This document shows, in pieces, positions 54,762-64,000 of a stretch of 64,000 nt of DNA; within the stretch, counting starts at the first letter, position 1; each line of letters opens with the position of its first letter. A model generated the notes under the pieces. It saw only the letters and a program-made list of their open reading frames with translations, was not told the origin of the DNA and did no database searches. The position numbers and the translations under genes were made by a program. The DNA is taken from assembly GCF_964355755.1 (NCBI RefSeq), contig NC_092680.1, forward strand, positions 21,523,045-21,587,044, given 5' to 3'. The stretch is from Antedon mediterranea (Eukaryota; Animalia; Echinodermata).

Positions 54762-55720
54762 CTATAACCTAGGCTTTAGCACCGCTGCTGCTACTGGCGC
54801 CATGGTTGCAGAAATGTCCCTTAAATAATGGTCAGTAAACGTAGACTGTGTCCGCCACCATGCCGCTGTCATAATGTCTGATATAGAACCGCCAGCGTAC
54901 AACGCGAAGTGCTGGACGATTCATAAGCGGCCCGAGTCGCTGCCACGACCCAGTTGCAATCGTGGATTTTGCGGCCGGCCGATACGGGGGCACCGATGTG
55001 ACGAATAAGTGAGATATACCGTCTCGCAACGTCTCTGTACGGTGGATGTAGAATTTGAGTGCTCTTACCGGGCACCAGGATGTGTCCTCTACTACCCCCG
55101 AGAATGCGGACATTGATGGAACGAACACAGCCGGCGAAAAATTTAACGTCTGGGACTTGGCCAGAAAGTCCTTCCTGAATAATAACCGGACTCCACCACG
55201 CTCAAATCGTATATGGCCTGGCTCTAGCGTGAGCGCATGTAGCTCGCCTCAGCGTTTACATGAGGACAACGCCACCAGAAACGCTGTCTTAAGCGAGAGA
55301 TTATATAATGAAGCCTTGCTCATTGGCTCAAATGGCGGGCGAGTGAGTGCGGATAGAATGACGTTAACGTCCCAACGTGGAACTAAGACCTTAGACGGAG
55401 GTCGCTCTCTGAACATACCGCGTAACAACTGCGTGATTACTGCGGAAGTTGAAAACCGTCGAGCCATCCTTGAATGGCGGCGTAATGGCCGCAATCGCTG
55501 ACCGGTAGCCTGACACCGTGCGCACTTGCAAGCCTGATTCGTACAGGTAATGCAGAAAAGCGCAGATCTGACCCAAGGATATCGCCTTATGGTCTATGTT
55601 ATCTTGTCCGCACCAGCGAAAGAAGTGTCGTAGACGGCTGTTGTAGACAGTGAGAGTCGACTCTCTTCCAGATGATATGCCCGAGTCTCTGAGCTGATCC
55701 CTGACCATGGCCAAACAGTC
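54762..55720 (-). pseudogene. DIRS tyrosine recombinase (disrupted)
   Basis: Pieces in different frames: RESTLTVYNSRLRHFFRWC..YRSAI; PRWDVNVILSAL..PFEP..LSLKTAFLVALSSCKR (catalytic Arg region); CPVRALKFYI..LFV; SISDIMTAAWWRTQSTFTDHYLRD (catalytic Tyr); stop at 54762-54764. HxxR motif not found. Confidence 0.92.
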
Positions 55721-56110
55721 AGGTTCAGGGATTGTAGGTTGATCGTCGAGAACCTCGCACGATTTTGCGTCAGTAGATCCGCGCGGACCGGAAGACGCAG
55801 CGGGTGATCGTAAAGAAGACTGGCAAGAAGCGGATACCACGCTTGACGAGGCCAGAACGGTGCGATCAACAGAACTCGGCATCGGAAGCGCTGAATGTGA
55901 GTCAGAACTATTGGTATGATCGATATCGGCGGGAACGCGTACGCCCATAAACCGTCCCATGACATGGACAGGGCATCCACCGCCCACGCACGTGCATCCC
56001 GGAATCGACTGCAGAATGTCGGGAGCTGCGTGTTCTCTGACGTCGCAAACAGGTCTATCTATGTGCGGCCGTCCGAAGTGGTCGAATATTTGAGTGGCTA
56101 TGCTCGGCAA
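55594..56110 (-). pseudogene. DIRS DNA N6-adenine methyltransferase-like domain (frameshifted)
   Basis: FGRPHI/DLFATSENTQLPTFCS..VDALSMSWDGLWAYAFPP..LLIAPFWPRQAWYPLL, interrupted by a 4-bp duplication (CTATCTAT at 56055-56062). Confidence 0.9.
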
Positions 56111-56129
56111 CAGACGCCATTCGGTCGGG

Positions 56130-56500
56130 CGTAAAGCGAGTCGGGACAGCGTGTCCGCGACTCATTCTGGCTGCCCGGAATATGCGATGCAGTCAGCGTT
56201 ATTCTGTGCGCGATGCACCAGTGCATGAGCGTCCATGTGTGGTAGCAAAGAGTCGGAGACTCCGTGCCTCCTTGTCGGTTGATGTACGCGACCACGGTTG
56301 TGTTGTCCGAGCAGACATGGACGTGTGAATTTTTTATGTTTGGAAGTAGCGCTTTCAACGTTCGGTCTACTGCCCAAAGTTCTAAGAGATTGATGTGGGC
56401 TAACGCCTCCTCGGCACTCCAAACGCCGGAGACGTGACTCTGGTTGGAGCAACCGCCCCAACCCGCTTCGGACGCGTCCGTTTCTATTCGGGTGTCCGGA
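56130..56500 (-). pseudogene. pol: DIRS RNase H domain
   Basis: IETDASEAGWG..HINLLELWAV..SDNTTVVAYINRQGGT..HIPGSQN, then a frameshift near 56160 to ADTLSR. Confidence 0.95.
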
Positions 56501-56599
56501 ATTGATCTCTGAATTGATCTGCCCACTAACAATCGGCCGTCCGTTAGCCACCATTGGAGGTGCGTTACAATGAACGCCGACATCGGGACCACTTGTCTA

Positions 56600-57590
56600 A
56601 TGAGTCTGAACCTGGCCGGTAGAAGGCTAACAGATGAACTACAGCGGCTGCATCCGTAGCCGACAAAACGGAACTAGAACTACAAAGCTGGCTAGGAAAC
56701 CTAGCGTTCTCAGCCAGTCGTATGCTGTCGGAGCGGAAGCGGTAATCAGGCCTTGTATAGCAGCAAGGGCTTAGGTTACTCGTTTCTGTGAGGGGCACAC
56801 TCTGCCCGACACGAGATCTATCTGCGCTCCGAGATACATGGGATGCTGAGTCGGCACCAGGCACGACTTTTCCCGGTTCACTATGAACCCTACGCGTTCC
56901 GTTACGAGAAGGACGCAATTGAGACTGCTCACCAGCCGGTCCTTGGACTGAGCCACGATTAACCAGTCGTCTAGATACATGAATATGCGAATGCCGTGCT
57001 TGTGAAAGAACGCACCGAGCGCTCAAACTGTGCGCGTGAACACGCGCGGAGCCGTTGATAGGCCGAACGACATCGCGACGAACTGGTGAAGACAATTGTT
57101 GATTCGAAACCGCAACCAACGTTGGTCTTCTTTTGCGATTGGTACGTGAAAGTACACATCTTTTAAATCTGTCGATGCGGCCCAGTCTCCTCGTCTTAGC
57201 CCTAACAGGATCGATGAGACTGTCTCCATCCGAAACCTGCGGGGCCGAATAAATCGTTTGTTCAGACGTCTTAGATTTATAATTGGTCGCCAGTCCCCCG
57301 AGGACTTCTTGGTTAAGAATACGGTTGATTCGTGGCCCGAGCCCGCATGATGTTCTTCGACCCTTACTACGGCTCCTTTTTGGAGCAGCGCGGCAATCCC
57401 GTCCATAAGCACTCGTTGCTTTATTGGATCTTTGGGGATTGTGGTCGGACGAGGACCTCCACACACTGGAGGGCTCGTAAATTCTATGCGGTAGCCGTAG
57501 CTAAGTGTGGAGAAAATCCAGCTGTCTACCATCAGCTACTCCCACTCTCGGACGAACCGTAGGAGACGACCTCCCACTGGCCCGGCCCCG
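56600..57590 (-). pseudogene. pol: DIRS reverse transcriptase (in-frame stops at 57536, 57023 and 56771)
   Basis: PVGGRLLRF..W*..GYRIEF; WRPIINLRRLN; FRMET; DLKDVYFHVPI; FGLSTAPRVFT; YLDDWL; EKS..YLG. All are in one frame. Confidence 0.97.
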
Positions 57591-57614
57591 GACGGCACGG
57601 ACCTCGCCTGCACG

Positions 57615-59041
57615 TTACCGGCACCTGCGGTCACCACGTCGCGAACCGCGGTCCCGACGTGCTCCCCTACCCGGCTTACCGCCACGAGCGGGGCGGGAAT
57701 TACGGGGTCGCGACGGCCCAGGAGTCTGCCCAACCTCAGACTGATTACGGACCGACGGCGGCGGTTGTGAGATCGATGGCACCACCGGCAGTGGGGCTGG
57801 AGGCGTTTTGCGTGATCTCGTCTCGCGACGTGCCTCTCGCTCGCGAGCCCACTTATTTTTCTTCTCGGCGAAATTACCGTAGAAGAGATCCACAGCACCG
57901 AACGACTCGCTAGTTGTGAAGCGGTCAAATGACCCTCCGCACGGCGGCCGAGGTCATTGAAATTGTCACTTGTTGGTCCGCGACCAGGCCCGTAAACTGC
58001 TGAAGCAAGCAGATCACGTCCGCGTCAAGGTGCCGTGGATGGTCCGGATCCGCGAGGAATGACAGAAGGTAGCCCGACATCGAGACCGTTCGTAACGTCT
58101 CGCGTGCGCCACGGTCGACCGCGATTAGCGCCTCCTCAGTTCTGGCGGCCGAAGGAGACAGAAATCTGCCGTTGGCGTCGAGACCTCTATCCTCGCGCGC
58201 ACGCTTCTTTCGCTGCATCCGGGATCGGTGGTGCCGATATATAGCGTTGAAAACTGGTCCTGCGGAAGCGGGAAGGCTGCTGCGAGATCTTGAGATGCAG
58301 CTCTACGGGTTTTAGGCTCCTTCGCTATAGCCTCTACCCTAGCGACAAGTTCGGGATCCAGCGGCGCAACTGGACAAGTCGTGACCCGCTTCAATGGAGC
58401 ACGCACTCCAAAGGTAGAGTACCTCTTCGAAGCCGGCGCGGGCGTCGGCGCGTCATAGGCGTACTCTACTCAAATGTACGAAAGTACAGCAGGAACCACA
58501 CGATTGACAAGAGCCTGCAAACCGTCTCCACCCTGTGCAACCTCGGAGCGATCCTCACTAGGCAGCGAGGTCATGGTCCTGTCACTGTCGTACCCACCGA
58601 CATCCGGCGATGGGTGCGTCCCTCGACCTTGAAAGTACTGCGGAGGCAGAACTGGCACAGGAGGATAATTAAGCGAGGATGCCGAGGGCACAACCTCTCT
58701 CGGTAGAGCTCGCACCGCTGCTGCGATGGCCTCCAGTACGGGTGGGAACAAACCATCGTCCTGCGTACCACTCTGCGGTGGAGGCGCAGCGGCCGTTGCA
58801 AGCGCGCGGTCTCTTCTACTAGCGGGGCCGGGGGCTCCACCTGAACCTCCACGGGTGCGGGGTCTACCACCCGCGCACGCCCCAATGGACGTCCGGAACC
58901 GCGAAGCCGTCCAACGTACAAAAAAAAAACGTCGCACGGCGACTCCTGGCTACAGGTGCGGCAGTGAATGCACAGCAAGTGGCGGTCCCACTTGACTGTC
59001 GCACGCTGGCCCCTGCATTGCCAACATTCAGACTTAGGCAT
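57615..59041 (-). pseudogene. gag: DIRS gag-like ORF1 (disrupted)
   Basis: ATG at 59041 and Cys/His-rich N-terminus (CWQC..DRHLLCIHC..C..PCDV). Frameshift at the A10 run (58920-58929), TGA at 58470, further shifts near 58230 and 57930. DLFYGNF motif and Arg/Gly-rich C-terminus. Confidence 0.75.
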
Positions 59042-59455
59042 ATCCGGGCACAGAACGCAACCTAGCAAGATAAAGAACAATACAACCTGACCACGGCTTT
59101 GTTGTTGTTTCACGCAACAGTGCGTCCACGCCTCAGCTGAGGCAGTCCAGGTGGCAATGCAAATTGCTTTTCCTTTGTCTTCCGGTAGCGTGGCCGTTCC
59201 GGCCTAAAATCCAACGAAGTGGGTGTTGTTTTCTCCTTTTTAATCTTCCTTATATCTAAGGAAGACCCCGACTTAAAACGGATCAACGATATATGAACAA
59301 TATCAACTGCTGGTACTGCAACAGGCCGTGGGAATACACTCAATATCCTGGCCAAGTCAACTAGTAATCAGCGTAATAGAACTCTTTGTATAGTATGTAC
59401 AGTGTACAATCCTAACACTTGGTATCATACGACGTAACGCTATCACGTTACGAAA

Positions 59456-59629
59456 GAAAATGATGACGGTGGTACGTTGGTACGTTCCCACATGAGGGTG
59501 TGGTTGCGGACGGGTCCATTATAATGCAGGGGTGTTCTAGGAACTTTTCACTTTCGTATCTAAGCCCTCCCTCTGGAGAGCACGGGCTATTGTCGGTTTA
59601 TACAGGTAAGCTAGGCACGATATAGACTA
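59456..59629 (-). repeat. DIRS 5' ITR
   Basis: Core 59456-59614 matches the 3' ITR exactly; the outer 15 bp are reproduced exactly only in the ICR. Confidence 0.97.
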
Positions 59630-59808
59630 AGTGTATCTAAGTGTTTAAATATATAATTCAACTAGATATTATTGTCTTTAACCTAAAGACTAATGTCATA
59701 AGCCCATTGTTTATTTTGCTCAATACAATACACAGATAAACTGACACACAGTGGCCTTTCTGAGGAGAGAGCGTAACTATAACTAAATAACATTTTTATT
59801 GCTTTTTG

Positions 59809-59956
59809 AGTTAAAGGCCTATGTCAGTTAAAGGCCTATGTCAGTTAAAGGCCTATGTCAGTTAAAGGCCTATGTCAGTTAAAGGCCTATGTCAGTTAAA
59901 GGTAGGCCTATGTAAGTTAAAGGACTGCATATGTCAGTTAAAGGCCTATGTCAGTT
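59809..59956. repeat. 17-bp minisatellite, ~8 copies
   Basis: Unit AGTTAAAGGCCTATGTC. Confidence 0.95.
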
Positions 59957-62900
59957 TATCCAGGTTAGCAGCTAAGACTGAACACAGTTTGTTAAATTCT
60001 TTTTATTGTGAAAAGACTATATTTAAAATGCCTGATCCTTGTTTTTCTAAATTTCCACCAAATGGAGAAAAATAATCAAATTATTATATTAAATATAATC
60101 ATTTTTCAGAGCATTTCTTGTTTGTTGAAGACAAAAGCGGCAGAGGGCCGCCTTACATGTAATTTGATTCTCAGCGACTCAGCTTTGTGGTACAATGATA
60201 ATTAATCTTATTCAAAGTATCGATATAAACAGAATTCTATATGAAGCATTCTGATTGGATGCTCATCGACTAGGCTACAAGCTAATAGATCAATCGTCTA
60301 AATATTTACTCGTTGAATGGTGTAATGATTCACGTATATTGAACACATCAAATGTTGGTCAATAGCAAATTTGCTGACAACAGCAATAGTTACCGGCTCT
60401 GGTTTAGTTATAAAATATTGATGCGTTTAAAGGTTGCATTGATTCTTGTGAACCGAACGCCGCGGTAGATACCAACCAATTGAAACATGATCTTTACGTT
60501 TCATTCACGTTTTAACGAAGTCGACCGAGTGAAAGAAATAGATGAGTTTTTTATTTACATTTCTCAGGGAATGGCGTGTATTAACACAAATAAACTTGTT
60601 CACAATCAAAGGACTTAAATTGGCTCACAACTGAAATGAATTTGTCAATGAGTTAATCATAATATTCCTACATTTAGTTAAACCAAAATGAAAAAAACAA
60701 ATATTAAACTTAATAAAAAGTATGATGATAAACATGAAAATGGTACTTATTAAAAGAATATCCTTGCCTTTTGATTGAATGATCATAAAATTTGGGATAA
60801 TTTGAGAAAATAATATGGTCTCAAGCAATTTTTAATTTAAATTTTTTTACATTAAAAATGACCTATTCCACACAAACTTGATTACTAATTATATAATATA
60901 TCTTAATTAATAAAGTATGTTTAAATTTCTAAACACAAACACATTCCTAAATTACAACGGGATAAAATAATTTTAAATTCGCGACTGAAATCCAAAAAAA
61001 CCTTTTTTAATAAAACCAGATGTCACTTTAAGATTTCTCAACTTTAGAATGTTTTATTAAAATTAATTTTCATCCACTTGGTTTAAAATATGCAGAGGTG
61101 GAATAGATTTGACAGCACATTTATCTACATATTGATAATCAATGTTATATCATCAATTATTATTACTTCGTTGCATGTCTATTTTAATTTAGCAAAAAAA
61201 AAAGATTGATTTTCCATTTAACAATGTTCGTAGAACATTCAGTCATATTTTAATGTGAAAAAAATTTCAGAAAAATAAAACAAATTAAATCAATTTCTAA
61301 GTTGGAGATTACTTTTCTTTTTAGCAATAGCAATTTAAGATTTACTTTCTTTACATTATACTATTAACCGAATAAAGATTTAAACTTCACATAAAATGTG
61401 TTTGAAAATAAGACGCAATAAAAAGATTCGAGAAAATTGATTCTTATGAAACTGAATGAGATTACATGTAATTAAAATCCATGAATAATTTGTAAAATGA
61501 TTAATCTATATTTTGAAAATGGTTTCATTGTTTATTCTCCAGTATGTATCTTTTGTTTTGTTTTTGTTTGTATTGTTCCACCAGCATACTATCAAATAAA
61601 ATAACATTAACACACAATACAATACAACGTATAAAAAAGAAAACTGCTGGACAAGGGCAACCTACAGTAAGAACAATGCATTGCTGTAAACTTAAATTAG
61701 CCAGATATCCCTCATACTGAATATTAACATTTAAAACAGATAATTAAGTGAAATTATAGTAAAAAATTACAATAATTTCATTAAAATGTTTTTATTTTAA
61801 AGTTAAAAACAAAAGTTAAAACAAGAATTAATTTAATCATGGAGGAAACTCCATGTAGTAGTAACCAAGCAGGTTGGGCAAACCTAACTTTTTTTTTAGG
61901 TTTTTTTCTCTAGTGAAAAGTTGTTTTTAGTAAATAGTCTACAAAGATAATTAATGATGTAAAATGATATGAAATTAATAAAGAAGCTTCTAATTAGGCA
62001 GGTATCCTAATAAGGATACGGACCCGGGAATAAATCCAGTTTCACGTTTCTTTACCAGCTTTTATTTTCATCTCAAATTACGTGAAAGAGCGAACAAAAT
62101 CATGATTTAGATCTAATCAAAAACGTAGTCTCCATTCTAATCCCCTGAGGCTACGCGCCAGTGAGAGAAAGTATTTACTTGAGAGAGAGAGAAGAGAACA
62201 AAATCTTTACAATACCAATGTATTATCTTTTGAATTTGCATATTAATAGCAAGCGTCATACCGGCACACGACATATAAAACAATCCATATTGATGAACGC
62301 GTGTGCGACCCTGACTAAATTAATGGCCTGTTTTGCATGAGAATGAAGAAGTTCTAGCCCGCCTGGGGCTCTAACTACAGAAACAAGTTCTGGCTTTTAA
62401 CGCAGAAAAGTAGCCAGCAATATTAACAAGATTGAAGACCAAGATTGGAATAACCTTGCTGTATTATGAGTTTGTTGACAGCAACTTTGGACAATTATTG
62501 ATTTTTATTTTGCAAACTAATTAGACAATTTGGGTTGAACTTAACGATCTCACTTAAGTACAAAATTAGTATTTAGAATGAAAGAAAAAAACTAAAGCAA
62601 GGTTAAACTTTTAAAGCCAATTATTTTAGCTTTAGGTTGTTTTAATGTAAAATCTTACAAATTGATATTAGAAAGAAATTATGAAAATACAGTAAAACAA
62701 CAAAAACTGAGTTGATTATATTGAATTAAATAATTTTAAATTGTATTATATTTAAATATATTTTATAAAAATGTTCTTTTTATGATGTCTAATATTCTAT
62801 TTTGGTGTAATAAGAAATTGATTATACTTATTACTATAATTGTTGTACTTTGTTCTTTCTTTGATAATATTTATCAGTTGTTAAAGAAAGAAATACAAAT

Positions 62901-63133
62901 GATAATCAAAAATACTCTTCTATTCTAACAAGTGTTTAAGTTTGGCTACATGAATAAGTTAAAGTAATAAGTAGAGTAAAAAGAAGGCAACTTCCTAACG
63001 CCAAAAAAAAGATTAAAATAACATTGAATGATTAATTTTAAAAATATATACTTTTGGAAAAAAAAAGTATACGAGTGATGACATTTTTATAATTTAAGAA
63101 TATTGCAATATTTAGGTATAAAAGGAATATTAA

Positions 63134-63759
63134 AGACCCCTTCCCTGCAATTTTGGACGTTTTTTGGAAAATAATACATATATATCACTTTAAAAACATT
63201 AAACCATGTCTTTCCTTGTCTTAAATGTACGTTTTATGGTAAATTATGATAAAAAGTGAGAAACAATGCACTACCTAAGTAGCTCGCGGCGATCGACCTC
63301 TCGTGGACGGTCTCAGGCCTAGCCTAGCTAGGCTTAGTTTTGTAGGCCTAGCTGGTAAACATCGGTAACGTACGAACATCGTACGCTAGCTATATACCTA
63401 GCCTGACGTTGTATAGTTGCTGCATTAATTATCTTTCTATTTTTGCCAGACTCCGTTGATACAAATTGGGGGAAACCCGGTATTTTCGCTGAAAAGTTAG
63501 GAGTCTTCCATTTGTTTTGGCTTCACGATCGATCGAAAAGTGGGCGAATTACAGGTGAAAAACAACAATATCAATCCGCGCGCAATGCATTTTGGGATTT
63601 ATAGCGGGCCGCTATAATTATTAAAATCGATTTATTTTTCACATTTTTAACCGTTTAAAGACGAAAAAAGTTATCGCAATAGGACCATATAGTATTATTT
63701 TTACATTAAATATAGTTTGTGATCTTAAATTAGATCTAAAAAACGTAGGGAATGGGGCT
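63134..63759. mobile_element. Non-autonomous Kolobok-type DNA transposon
   Basis: TTAA (63130-63133) AGACCCCTTCCCT...AGGGAATGGGGCT TTAA (63760-63763): TTAA duplication, AG...CT termini, imperfect TIR and CpG-rich interior. Confidence 0.7.
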
Positions 63760-64000
63760 TTAAATGATAAGATAAAGTATAACCATCTTGATATTAAAGT
63801 CTAGACATTTTATTGTATAAAAGTTACACTATATATTGAAGGTGAGGGTTATGTTGAAGGTGTATATCAAAATACCAATTATCACCCTCAACACTGAAAT
63901 ATGGTTGAAATATGGTTGAATTAGCCATATATTATATGGTTGAAAATAAAAACCAAATTGAAAAGATAATAGAGAAAAAAAATTATCATCAAAGTAAAAA

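Larger units (their letters stand above)
54360..59629 (-). mobile_element. Full-length DIRS1-type tyrosine recombinase retrotransposon (coding-defective)
   Basis: GC-rich 5270-bp block with inverted terminal repeats, a 3' extension and an internal complementary region. Domain order on the minus strand is gag, RT, RNase H, MT, YR. Confidence 0.97.

Noticed and set aside
55055-58995. Plus-strand and alternative-frame ORFs inside the DIRS (e.g. 55055..55501, 56565..57464, 58290..58706)
   Set aside because: Expected in GC-rich sequence and without motifs. 56565..57464 may be a remnant of the overlapping ORF typical of DIRS, but this cannot be shown here.
54360-59629. Bacterial or phage contamination, or a prophage (integrase plus methylase in a GC-rich block)
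   Set aside because: The DIRS-type RT/RNase H, ITR plus ICR structure and clean junctions with host-like AT-rich DNA identify it as a retrotransposon.

Overview
AT-rich eukaryotic DNA, probably from a marine invertebrate (echinoderm-like repeat landscape; this is inference). It is mostly intronic or intergenic, and no host protein can be named. The main feature is a full-length 5.27-kb DIRS1-type tyrosine-recombinase retrotransposon on the minus strand (54360-59629). It carries gag, RT, RNase H, adenine-methyltransferase and YR domains, all broken by stops, frameshifts or deletions, yet its inverted terminal repeats (159/159 identical) and internal complementary region are perfect. Other mobile DNA: at least seven copies of a PIF/Harbinger-like MITE, a Kolobok-type element, a hAT-like shell around a GC-rich 77-bp satellite with higher-order structure, and RTE, L2-like, Penelope and SINE relics (the Penelope relic has a degenerate hammerhead ribozyme). 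There are also many mini- and microsatellites, a few candidate small minus-strand exons of an unidentified large-intron gene, enhancer-like islands, and a strongly over-represented TAGGCCTA palindrome. No CRISPR, rRNA or intact tRNA was seen. All comparisons were made by eye.
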